Source of the DNA: Histomonas meleagridis 2922-C6/04-290x
Lineage: Eukaryota; Protista; Parabasalia
DNA: 64,000 nucleotides
NCBI GenBank assembly: GCA_020184695.1
Contig: JAANOX010000022.1
Span: forward strand, 64,150-128,149
Direction of reading: 5' to 3'
Positions within the stretch are counted from its first letter, which is position 1; every line of letters begins with the position of its first letter. Below the pieces are notes generated by a model. That model was given only the letters and a program-made list of their open reading frames with translations, had not been told where the DNA came from and did not search any database. This document shows, in pieces, positions 33,701 through 42,776 of the stretch. Made by a program: the position numbers and the translations under genes.

Positions 33701-35402
33701 AATCAAGTTTAATATCTAATCCTTGTGCTTCAATTAATAATCGATATTTATGAAATGTTTGTTTCTTAAATAAATTTTGATAATTCTCAAATAATAATTC
33801 TTGGAATTTATCATCTGCATATTGTTTTTGTTGTGGCGTAAATTGTAATTGTGAGATTTTACTTTGATAAATATATTCTAATATTGATTTCTCTTTTAAG
33901 TATTCTTGAATAGTATTCCCTAAAACAAATAATCGTTGATTTAAAAACGTGTCCGTCATTTTTAATGAGATTTTATCAACAATAATATGAAATGGTAATG
34001 GTAATGTCTCTGAATCAAATGTATGTGATGATGCCCAAGGTTTTATGATACGCCATCCATAAATTACGCCATATATAAAATCAGGAACATTAAACTTTTG
34101 TTGTTCAATAACACTAATCTTTGTAGCATTAAATGTTAAATATTCTTTGTCCGGACTTGAAATGATTAAACTTTTAATCTTTAAACATTGGAATGTATTT
34201 ATATAACCATAAACTTCAGGAAATGTAATACATTTATTAGAATATTTAACATTCGATGATTTAGCTTGAACTTTAGCATTGTCAGTAAGTAATAATGTAC
34301 CTGAAAACTTATTAATGTTAAATTGGAAGTCAGGAAAGTCTAAAACAAGACGTAATGGTTGATATATTGGATTACGTAATTTGGCATATAATTGAAAGAT
34401 TTCAAGGCCATCAAAAGAGGTATAATAGAAATGAATCTTATCAATGTTTACAATTGGATTCATCTTCTTAAGATCTGAGATAGTGCCTTTTAGATTTGGT
34501 ATACGAAGAAAATGTTCTGTAATGAATCCAATATTAAACTCAGTAATTTCAAATACAAAATGTGTAGGATTAATTGGTATAGGTCGTATTGGTATTGTTG
34601 TATCGACATAAAATGATTTAAATGATAAACAAAATGTCGGTAAAGAAATCCATTGAGTGACCGTTAATTCGGAGAACGTTAAGTTGATGTTGCCTGGATA
34701 CATGCAAATATCAACATTTAAAGGACTAAGAGTAATGTTAGTACCAGATGTAGAAATACGTGCATCTTTGATGGAATTACTAGTAATGAGAAATGGATTA
34801 GTTTGAGAAATTAATGAATATATGGGAAATAGATCTGAATTGATTGAAAATACAAAAGGTGTTGTCGTGACTTCCTTATCTTGAATAAGATATTTAATAG
34901 AGCCTAAAGATAAATCAAGTTGTGAAACATTTGATCTTTTATATTCAAAATTAATTGACGTTTCCACAGAAACTGAATTTGGTAAACAAAGCTTAAATGA
35001 TTTTATTTTTAGAAATAATTTTTTAAAATAGAAAAAAATTATTGATGATAAAGTTTTCATTTTAATTCCATTTAATGGATCATTAACTTTTGTTTTCCTA
35101 TTTTTATTTCCAGAACCAATATTATATGTATTTAATTGTAAATTTAATTCATCGAAAGAAATTGTTATCTTTTTTGAAGTAATTGCAAATAAACCAAGAG
35201 AAACGTTCATATTTTTTGCCGAAAATTCTAAATCTTTATTTTTTAACTCTATGGATTCGAAAGAAAGCAATCCTGTTTGATTGACAATATTGACATCAGC
35301 ATTTAAAGCTTGAGCAATAAGCTTAATCGGAAGAGACTTTAAGGCATAAATAGCAATTGCTATTGCTAGAATAATTACGACAAAAAATATGGAGGCAATC
35401 AT
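30765..35402 (-). CDS. Bridge-like lipid transfer protein, BLTP2/Fmp27/Hobbit-like
   Basis: N-terminal TM anchor; DPSPSLKWWDELRYVFHG resembles the Fmp27 GFWDK motif; beta-rich body; C-terminal LLRYFKITPVTLNLSY segment. Confidence 0.7.
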   Translation of the reverse strand: MIASIFFVVIILAIAIAIYALKSLPIKLIAQALNADVNIVNQTGLLSFESIELKNKDLEFSAKNMNVSLGLFAITSKKITISFDELNLQLNTYNIGSGNKNRKTKVNDPLNGIKMKTLSSIIFFYFKKLFLKIKSFKLCLPNSVSVETSINFEYKRSNVSQLDLSLGSIKYLIQDKEVTTTPFVFSINSDLFPIYSLISQTNPFLITSNSIKDARISTSGTNITLSPLNVDICMYPGNINLTFSELTVTQWISLPTFCLSFKSFYVDTTIPIRPIPINPTHFVFEITEFNIGFITEHFLRIPNLKGTISDLKKMNPIVNIDKIHFYYTSFDGLEIFQLYAKLRNPIYQPLRLVLDFPDFQFNINKFSGTLLLTDNAKVQAKSSNVKYSNKCITFPEVYGYINTFQCLKIKSLIISSPDKEYLTFNATKISVIEQQKFNVPDFIYGVIYGWRIIKPWASSHTFDSETLPLPFHIIVDKISLKMTDTFLNQRLFVLGNTIQEYLKEKSILEYIYQSKISQLQFTPQQKQYADDKFQELLFENYQNLFKKQTFHKYRLLIEAQGLDIKLDSRNVVNKVQMLHEFDPNTAELYPNVEWETLEGLKINVNIKDAAINCYNLKEPIIKGSELNLNGILLVGEISDGKFLDIPITVLGKEFITKGTVTDIKLYCDLNINLGDFGIYIGGNMMKIFDDFVDSITSLIPKPYDPSPSLKWWDELRYVFHGRYHFQVDNIKFNFVGGKRYDDFKNVAILSLTNFKANIINGVYHITSNEFNLFRCNNGPQLLHFSDFDLEVKFIIKTPLNNQKLHNFIADINQFNDPNYDTYKNFRATAITTDFILKYSNGEVSPFAMLDVAHFLWLIDPILNLFDSPLVNEVYTKKFGQLYRRKQELYFLSDLKLIFIFHINNASSFSFRIFDCFPIETKNIYGTSIDLTLVNFSLNLIITKNPKSNVEFKVSLKSPQILLNTTDLSYYSKNYEDASPTFAKIINPEINYGKDLVIKIDTLQIYGTQLFVRYIEEFIEAIIHFLPDMNKTNKNNNKNKETNHNENITSKSNNKEELLLHLLSRTPSQKVVTTSKAIHNHNILQEKNNIDSILEKFQEIFLDLTINSIQILFESLLYDIKLLCVIQPIKFNIKFHQTLDLIAANLDVETITISTENNFIQNINEIKSSIGMIEGIRVIFYQNELNNNKNLIAESFIKNISLNCNPKDIACIKQYIQEISHALMTIKSEKNITTNSNNNPNNNQEVSLLNITFNTYISKCQLFLFDNLKNPICFLVSTDLTFQQEKKIDGSSNSMLLVDDLKINDARVSAKTNLIFSRWLDRVDPKVKTPLLRIQAKSKPPIGGIKFYNHFEINLDPTIVIYESTFFGILIKSILNNDIGMPSKPTMKFGFERPDIRLPRILLNDGVLPIITIDHSSFLEGNKSKELKVMINRADSNFLLRYFKITPVTLNLSYHNPENNVIPDINEFHGLFNGIIYQDLTANIETLISKLIIDISRDIIPQFLKHLVGLGKLPSSKENELNLWLSDNQDKAASRRKELLFGKSRK

Positions 35403-35557
35403 AAAATCTTCTTGTATTTACTCTCAAACAACGATCCGAAATTTTGAATATTTTACATTTTTATGGTAGGAATTCAAATTTAAATTTCGATTAAAATTTA
35501 ATCGGATGATAACATCAATAAAAAAATATTTTAAAAATGTAATTTATAAACAAATTA

Positions 35558-36823
35558 TTAATCAATCTTTTTCCAACCATTTGATTCTTTATGTTTTTTC
35601 ATAAAGAAAATCATATATACTATAAATTCCATCAAACAAATGAACATTAATATTGTTGACAACAAATCTTTTCTAAATTTCTTTGTATGAAACTTAAATT
35701 CAGAATTTCTTTTTGCCAATTCATTAATTACATTCATTGCGTCGTTTTTAATTTTATTTTTCATCATTAACATATCTTTATCTACACTTGAAACAATTCC
35801 ACGTAATTCGCTTATTATATTTCCCCATGAATCAATTAATTCATTTCTTAAATCTTTTAAATTTTTCCCAATTAGTTCTATTTTATCCAAACTAATTAAA
35901 ATCCGTTCTTGAACAATTCCGATTATAAAAGATTCGAGTTCTTCCAAATTTAATCCTTCTCCAGCGCGATAAATTAGTTCATTTATTTCACGGAACGAAT
36001 CCTTAAACTTTTTTGGTGTGTCTGTTAGTATTCCGTTATTATAATTGATTTCATCTTGATAACGATAAAGTGTTTTCATATATTCTTTTCGTAATGTTTT
36101 AGTGATTTTATGTTTTCGTGGATTAATACTTAGTGACTTTCGATTCTTTTTATTAATCACATCAATGTTAATGGTTCTGTTGATTGGGGATTTGGGCGTA
36201 ATGTGAACATAATTTAATGAATTGTTTTGTATGGTTCCATTGATTTGGCTTTTGATAGAGAAATAGCCAAAGGAAAAATTGAGTGGATTCATAAAAGAAT
36301 ATGAAAATTCACTGTTTTGTGTTATGAATATTAAATCAAAATGTGTTTGATTTTTTGTCAATTTTATGGTGTTAGTAATATGTCCATTCGAATTTGGAAA
36401 TTCTAAAATTGTTTTAGTTGTTTCATGTTTGAATCTTTTGCCATTATTTTCTGATAATAATACAATTCCATTTGGACTTTTGGTTGTGTTTATTGTAATA
36501 GAAATTCCTTTCCAAATAAACGCATTAACTGGACAAAGATCTTCTGAGAAAAAAATTGTAAAAACTTGTTCCGAGTTTTGATTATCAAATGAATATTCTG
36601 TTTCAAAATCCCAATCAACAAAAGTTGTTGGGATACGTAAACAAACTCCTCCTGTGTCATGTTTGCTTAGCGATGTTAAAAGAATTGTTTTTTTGAAGTT
36701 TATTGCTGATCCGATAAGTGTCCAATTTCTAATTTCACCAGGTTCTATTTGAATTAATGGTGGCTGTATGTTGTATGGTGATAACATAAATGAAACCCGA
36801 AAAAAAAAGAAAATTGGGTTCAT
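35558..36823 (-). CDS. L-type lectin cargo receptor-like protein (ERGIC-53/Emp46 type)
   Basis: Leader, lectin-like NWTLIGSA...GGVCLRIP...DWDFE, coiled coil, C-terminal TM and KKxx (WKKID) retrieval signal. Confidence 0.68.
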   Translation of the reverse strand: MNPIFFFFRVSFMLSPYNIQPPLIQIEPGEIRNWTLIGSAINFKKTILLTSLSKHDTGGVCLRIPTTFVDWDFETEYSFDNQNSEQVFTIFFSEDLCPVNAFIWKGISITINTTKSPNGIVLLSENNGKRFKHETTKTILEFPNSNGHITNTIKLTKNQTHFDLIFITQNSEFSYSFMNPLNFSFGYFSIKSQINGTIQNNSLNYVHITPKSPINRTINIDVINKKNRKSLSINPRKHKITKTLRKEYMKTLYRYQDEINYNNGILTDTPKKFKDSFREINELIYRAGEGLNLEELESFIIGIVQERILISLDKIELIGKNLKDLRNELIDSWGNIISELRGIVSSVDKDMLMMKNKIKNDAMNVINELAKRNSEFKFHTKKFRKDLLSTILMFICLMEFIVYMIFFMKKHKESNGWKKID

Positions 36824-37017
36824 ATGTTACACAGCCAAAAATCTTTTGGAATAGATTAAACGGTCAAAAAAGTCAAAACATTCCAAAAATGCTTAAGAAA
36901 GAAGAAACAAATCTAATTTTATTATTAATAGAATGTCAATTTCATAGTTGACTAATTTTTTTTTTTTTTCAAATTTGCCATAAATTTTGAAAATTAATTT
37001 TAATAATCCAGAAAAAA

Positions 37018-38469
37018 TCATTTTAATGTCCCTGTCATCTTCTGGTAAACGAATTCTTCTTCTCTTTTCTTTAGTTTTCTTTCTGTTTCCTCCAATTTCG
37101 TTAGTTCCCGTATTAATGAATTTGTTTCTTCAATCTGCTTCAACTGCTTTATAACATCTTCCTCTTCTTCAAACATATGCAATTTTATGTACGCTAAAGC
37201 TTTTCTATATAAACATTTTGCCATGAACATGTTAAAATTCAATTCACTTTTTTTAATATGGTCTAAAAGAAGTCCAGCTGCTTCCAAGAGCTTTCTGTAC
37301 TTTCCTAATTCATAGTAACAAGCAAGTGCATTCAATCTTGTTGATATTGATAATTCATACCATTGTTGTTTATGCTCATCAGAAACCTTTTTAATTGATG
37401 GCAAAGCTATTGTTCCTCTATTGTATTCATTTAAAGCTTCATCATAAAGCCCGTCATGAAAAAGTTTGTTTGCGTTTTCTCTCACATATTTTGTATACTC
37501 AAACCGTTTTTCGATAGGAATGTTTTCCTTTTGCCAAAAAGTGGCTTGGTGTAACCGTGGGTCATCGAGCGGAGGGAACGAAAGCTCAAAGTCAACACCA
37601 AGAGATTTAAGCATCTCAATGGCTTCAGTGTAGTCGCTATCGGCATCAATGGCAGCTTGTAATGCAACAATTGCTTTATCTTTAAGAGGTGGATTAATTA
37701 CTAAAAATGTGCGTGCAACACCAAAAGAAGATCTGGAGTTAACATACTTTTTGAGATCAGCTTCAGGGAGATTAATATTGTCATCGGTAAAATCAGGTGG
37801 CGTTTTGGATAGATCAACATTTTTGTTCCAAGCTAATTTCGAGCGATTAAACTCTTTTCTAGCTGCAGCTGGTTTTCCTACACTAAGGATTTCATTGGCA
37901 AGCTTTAACTCAAAGAGAGCAAACCTTGCCTGCATGAGAGAAATTTCTTCCTTATTATCCTTTTTACTTTTGTTGGCTTGTTCTGTTGGTGATTTGGTTT
38001 CTTTTTTGTTCTCTGTTTCTGTTTTTGGTTCAACATTGTTGGAGTTTGTTTCTTGACCAATATTGATTTTATCTAAGGGAGTTGATTTCAATAAATGAAC
38101 AATAGCTGTAAAATATCGAGAGTTTTCTCTACGCCCATCCTCTGTAACCAAAGGCGCATCACCTAATAGATATGTTCTATCCATAAAATAAGTTGCAACT
38201 TCTTTCTCACGCATTGTTCCAATTGCTTTGGGGAAAAAAATATATAATTCTGATTCAGCGTCTTTGTCACCTGTGATCCATATCAAAGGATTTCCTGGTT
38301 GAGATGAATCAATTATGAAGCCATCTTCTGCCTTAATGATATATTCGACAGCAACAACGGTATCATTGAATGAAGCAGATCGATTATATTTATCTCCCTC
38401 TTCATTTACTATTTTATAAAGTAAACGATCTGATGTGAGAGGAACTGCTCCATCTGGAACATGTTCCAT
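37018..38469 (-). CDS. FKBP-like / TPR co-chaperone
   Basis: Degenerate FKBP-like region (IDSS...AIGTMREKE) followed by TPR helices (ANKLFHDGLYDEALNEY; CLYRKALAY); first ATG at 38469. Confidence 0.62.
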   Translation of the reverse strand: MEHVPDGAVPLTSDRLLYKIVNEEGDKYNRSASFNDTVVAVEYIIKAEDGFIIDSSQPGNPLIWITGDKDAESELYIFFPKAIGTMREKEVATYFMDRTYLLGDAPLVTEDGRRENSRYFTAIVHLLKSTPLDKINIGQETNSNNVEPKTETENKKETKSPTEQANKSKKDNKEEISLMQARFALFELKLANEILSVGKPAAARKEFNRSKLAWNKNVDLSKTPPDFTDDNINLPEADLKKYVNSRSSFGVARTFLVINPPLKDKAIVALQAAIDADSDYTEAIEMLKSLGVDFELSFPPLDDPRLHQATFWQKENIPIEKRFEYTKYVRENANKLFHDGLYDEALNEYNRGTIALPSIKKVSDEHKQQWYELSISTRLNALACYYELGKYRKLLEAAGLLLDHIKKSELNFNMFMAKCLYRKALAYIKLHMFEEEEDVIKQLKQIEETNSLIRELTKLEETERKLKKREEEFVYQKMTGTLK

Positions 38470-38686
38470 TTTTCCTATTTTGCTCTTGGGGCGCCCTGTT
38501 TCCACAAGCTTTGTTAACAAATTAAAAAACTTTTTCTAATTTAAATATTTAAACAAAATATTTTGTTTAAACAAATTATATCAACGTAATTATGCTTTGA
38601 TTTCATATGATACAAAAGTTTTCTTTTTGTAAAGATTCCTGAATTTGTTTCAAAAGTTTTAATAAATTGCTCTTGTGAAAATAATT

Positions 38687-39144
38687 TTATTGTATATTTT
38701 TCTCAAAGAAATCAATTAGCTCAAGTGGATAAGAATCTTTGATTGTTTCGATTTTTTCTAGCGTAATCTGATTGCTCCCTGGGAAACGTACTTTAAGAAG
38801 CTTTTCCCCATTTTCTTTTTGAATCCCATAAATAACTAGTCTCTCTTCTGCTTTGTATTTGGTAATTTCTGTTGCTGATCCACTTGGCAAATTTGGTTTA
38901 ATATCAGGAGGAACTTTTCCATTCCAATGATCCATTATTTTTTCAAAACATGTTAAATCACTGTTTTTTTCCCAGACATCATAAAGATAAACAGGGTTTG
39001 AGTATCTAACAAGATATTCAATCTGTCCATCTTTAACACGGTGATCTAATACATAAAGTATTCCATCATCATTGGTATTTCCATTCTGGAATTAGAAAAT
39101 AAACAAACTGTAAATTCAAGGAAATCTGCTGTAACAGGGTCCAT
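38687..39144 (-). CDS. HP1-like protein (chromo + chromo-shadow), two exons: 39144-39109 and 39085-38687
   Basis: Removing a 23-nt GT-AG intron joins MDPVTADFLEFT to NGNTNDDGILYVLDHRVKDGQIEYLVRY...DVWE (chromodomain) and ...YPLELIDFFEKNIQ (shadow domain), giving 144 aa. The unspliced frame has a TAA inside the intron. Confidence 0.8.
39086..39108 (-). other. 23-nt spliceosomal intron
   Basis: GTTTGTTTATTTTCTAATTCCAG: GT start, TCTAA branch motif fused to the CAG acceptor, phase 0, restores the frame. Confidence 0.8.
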
Positions 39145-39364
39145 TTTTCGCTATCCACCACGACCGATAAAATAAACGTACATTTAAGAGCACTTTTTTG
39201 TTCGAAATTACAATCACTGCTTACTTATTGATAAAAATTAAATTATATAAGCTATTCATCTTGTTGGTATTTATAATTTTAAACATATTTCATTTTGAAA
39301 TGAGAGAAAATTATTTTTACAAAAAGTCAATTTGTCTTTCATAAAATCTATCGTTGACGGTTAT

Positions 39365-40819
39365 ATGGGTGCACAAATAAAATTGAAACCTCGAGAAAAC
39401 TTTTTTGCAAGGAAAATGAGTTTTTTCCTTAGCATTTTAATATCTATTTTTATCATATTCATATTAGGTGGTGATTTCATTTTTAAATATCACATAATAA
39501 TTCCAAATTTTTATGTAAATTTAATTTCCAAAAATTTACCTATTTACAGTCCTTTAAATCTAACATCTATTAGCTTTTCTTCTCCGGTAGATAACAAATT
39601 TTATACAGAACTCAGAAATGCAGTTTCTCAATCCTTTGATGCATATTTTCGTCATTGTTCCACCTTTGATGAACTTCGACCTGCCACAAATGAGTGCATC
39701 AATGAATTTGGCTTTTCTTCTACTATTCTTGAGTCCATAGAAACTTTATACATTCTCTCTCTTACTACACAATATAAGGCTGCCCTTCGCTGGATTAATT
39801 CTAACTTTGATTGCCACTCTCTTGGGTGGGTAAATAGGCGAGAGATTTGGAGTCGAGGTGTTGGTTCACTTATTGGATCATATCTTCTAACCAAAAATCC
39901 TATATTTCTTTCTACAGCCGACAAATGTGCCAAAAGACTCATTTCCATTGAAAAAGAGCATGGCACGAAACCATATGTCAATATGAAACTCAAGTTAGCC
40001 AAATCTCTTCCATGGGAAAATACAACGTCATTAGTAGATATGATAGCTGGTCTTCCCGAAGTCATTTCTCTTCGAATACTCACGGAAAATACCACATATT
40101 CATTAAAATCAAATTCAATAAGTGGTCATCTTCCAATGCCAAAACAATTTCCTTTAAACCCATTTTACGAAGGCTACGACAAACCATCAACTACACATCT
40201 TTTTTATGATGGTCTTTCTGATGGTTTTTATCAAAATTTAGCAATTTCCAATCAAATGCGTCCTATAAAAGCAATTTCACGAATTCTTGAAAGTGTTTAT
40301 TCTAACCTAACTCTTCTTAATAGCAAAGAGAATACATTATATGTCCCTGTCGTTGATTCTATTAGCATCTCCATCAAAGATGGGATAAAAGTGGATCAAA
40401 AATTGGATGCATACAAAAAGTTGTATGGTGAATTGAAAAAGTCATATCGTTCACCAGAATTTTCGATTTTCACAAAAGCAGGTTCATCAAATGATATCTA
40501 TGTTCCATTTAGATTTGAATCTTCATTTATAAGAACAATGATCAGAGAAAATGATATTAGCTCTGAAGAATTAATTAATATGTTCCGAAAGTCACTCGAA
40601 ATATGCAAAGTTAATGATGGATTTGCAGGAAGATTAAAGATAAATTCCGGAAGAGTTACATCAACAAATATACAGCATAGTAATTTCTTTGGACAGTGGT
40701 CAAGTTTGGCTGCTCTGATTGCGCTAGGAAAAGAAAATTTGATCAGAAAAAGTGTGTTCAATGAAAGAGGACATATTCTTTACTCGGATATGATTATAGA
40801 AAATAATGACGACGAGTAG
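39365..40819 (+). CDS. Glycosyl hydrolase family 47 (alpha-1,2-mannosidase I-like), type II membrane protein
   Basis: N-terminal signal anchor; FDAYFRHCSTFDELRP...STILESIETLYIL; C-terminal FNERGH (canonical FNTEAH). Confidence 0.8.
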   Translation: MGAQIKLKPRENFFARKMSFFLSILISIFIIFILGGDFIFKYHIIIPNFYVNLISKNLPIYSPLNLTSISFSSPVDNKFYTELRNAVSQSFDAYFRHCSTFDELRPATNECINEFGFSSTILESIETLYILSLTTQYKAALRWINSNFDCHSLGWVNRREIWSRGVGSLIGSYLLTKNPIFLSTADKCAKRLISIEKEHGTKPYVNMKLKLAKSLPWENTTSLVDMIAGLPEVISLRILTENTTYSLKSNSISGHLPMPKQFPLNPFYEGYDKPSTTHLFYDGLSDGFYQNLAISNQMRPIKAISRILESVYSNLTLLNSKENTLYVPVVDSISISIKDGIKVDQKLDAYKKLYGELKKSYRSPEFSIFTKAGSSNDIYVPFRFESSFIRTMIRENDISSEELINMFRKSLEICKVNDGFAGRLKINSGRVTSTNIQHSNFFGQWSSLAALIALGKENLIRKSVFNERGHILYSDMIIENNDDE

Positions 40820-41392
40820 TACAATAAATGTGTTAATGTATTATAAATTATGTATTTTTATTGAATTTTTTCAATATTCAAATTCTTTTGTTTTCCTTTC
40901 CAAGAAAACTTTATAAAAATTAATTTAAACAATGTGATAATGAAAATTAGGAGAAAATATGAAAAGAATTGGGAAACAAATGGTCAAGATTTGTTTCATT
41001 ATCTGAATCGTTATTTAATTATAAAAAACCCGAATGAAGTTGATAATTTTTAATATATTACACAGAAAATAATCAGCACCTCGTTCCATTAAAGTCATTG
41101 ATCTTAAGGAATAGCAAGAAGAAATCTTTTTGTAGATTTTCATGGAAAGAATTTGATTTCCTTGTAATTATCTGCAAACAAAAAAATTTAATTCCATTGA
41201 AATTTAAATACAAAAATTTTTTATTTTCTTCTTTAATACAATCCAATTTAAAGTAAAACAAAAAATGTACTCAATTAATTGACAATTTCATTATATGATT
41301 GACTTTGTTAATTAAAGATTTTTAAAAACATTAAACAATAAAAATTCGAAAAAAAAATATTTTCATTATTACATAATAAAAAACATCAAATT

Positions 41393-42334
41393 TTATTCAC
41401 GAGAAATAAAAGTAATTTTTTCATTACTTAATGATGAACCATTGAAGCTTAACTTATAATAGCTTCCATTCAATGATATAATTCCAATTATCATTGAGTT
41501 TATCCAACAGATTCTCCCCATTGGCATTTGTTGTCCTAACTCTAACGTGGCAACAGGTGGTGTCTGTGCTTTTGCATTTGACACTTTTCTTCTGATGTCA
41601 TAAACTTTTACAACTCCTTCGTTCGAAAGAGATACGAAGAAATCGTTCGTAGGAGAAAAGTCCATTGCTCTGATGATGTCATTTGACGTGTTTCTTTTGA
41701 GAAGAACTGCACATCTTTGTGTTGATGAATCCCAAATTCGAATGGTAGTACCAGAGAAAGCAGCTGTAGCAAAATATTTTCCATCATCAGAGAAGGTGAC
41801 ACATGAAACAGCTGTTGAATGTGCTTCAACTTCTTTAGTGGTGACGGAACCACTGATTCCAGTAAGTAAATAAACATCTTTGGCATTCCGAGCCGATATT
41901 ATAAGAGACGAAGAGTCATGAGAAAGAGCCATGGGAACATGGACATTCATTCCTGATTTGAATGATTGAATTTGTTGATGAGTTTCGATATTCCAAACTT
42001 CTGTAACTTGATTCATACAACAAATAAGAACATTTCGACCAAGTGCTATGGTGAGGATGTGATCTGGAAATTGATTTTCAAATTTAATTTTACCAGACTC
42101 ATGATCAAAAATACGTACAGATTTACTGTTGAACTTGTGCGGGGAAGGAGAGCCTGTGAGCGCAATAAAGCGATAGCCATTGTATGTTGCTACATTTCCA
42201 AGAGAGAGGTCTTCACATTCACGGCTAAAAATCATTCCAAAAGGTTCACACCTAAAAATCAAATATTGAGATGGAAGTATGGCAGTAAATGTTTCTCTAT
42301 CATCATTATAACATAAGGATCTGATTGGGTACAT
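41393..42334 (-). CDS. WD40 beta-propeller, PROPPIN (Atg18/WIPI)-like
   Basis: YLIFRCEPF, SVRIFD, AHSTAVSCVTFSDDGKYFATAAFSGTTIRIWD; start at MYPIRS (42334). Confidence 0.72.
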   Translation of the reverse strand: MYPIRSLCYNDDRETFTAILPSQYLIFRCEPFGMIFSRECEDLSLGNVATYNGYRFIALTGSPSPHKFNSKSVRIFDHESGKIKFENQFPDHILTIALGRNVLICCMNQVTEVWNIETHQQIQSFKSGMNVHVPMALSHDSSSLIISARNAKDVYLLTGISGSVTTKEVEAHSTAVSCVTFSDDGKYFATAAFSGTTIRIWDSSTQRCAVLLKRNTSNDIIRAMDFSPTNDFFVSLSNEGVVKVYDIRRKVSNAKAQTPPVATLELGQQMPMGRICWINSMIIGIISLNGSYYKLSFNGSSLSNEKITFISRE

Positions 42335-42431
42335 ATTGTTGTTTTTGTGATTTTTTGCACGCTTTTCAAAAAGTCGATATGCAAAAGGGCACCCCTTATC
42401 CCAAGTTAATGCAGCACAACTTTCAATCAAA

Positions 42432-42600
42432 TATCTTTATCATTAATACCAATTCCTTCTTGTTCAAGAAGTAATTTAACTATTTCTGTATGACCTTTCC
42501 AAGATGCATGAGTAAGTGCTGTTCTAAATAATTTAAATAATTTCCAAATATTATTTTGAAATATAAAATTATTAAAATAAATTTCAAATAAAACGAATAA
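42432..42600 (-). repeat. Solitary spacer+ankyrin module (about one 170-nt period)
   Basis: 78 nt colinear with the 80-nt spacer at 56 kb, then TALTHASWKGHTEIVKLLLEQEGIGINDKD (42522-42433), then unrelated sequence. Confidence 0.85.
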
Positions 42601-42776
42601 CAAACGTACCACAAACGGTTTACAAATGATAATGATTCACATTATCGAAGCATCCTTCGGCAGCTCAAATCATTTGGGAAAGATTTTAAGTTATAACGCA
42701 TGTCCAGAATATACTTAAAAATAAATGCACAAGAAGAAAAATAATGCTGTGCTTTCGAATTTAAGAGAAGACTCGT

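Noticed and set aside
42335-42430. N-terminal extension of the WD40 gene (MIESCAALTW...)
   Set aside because: It begins at a TTG at the edge of the solo ankyrin module; the propeller starts at MYPIRS.
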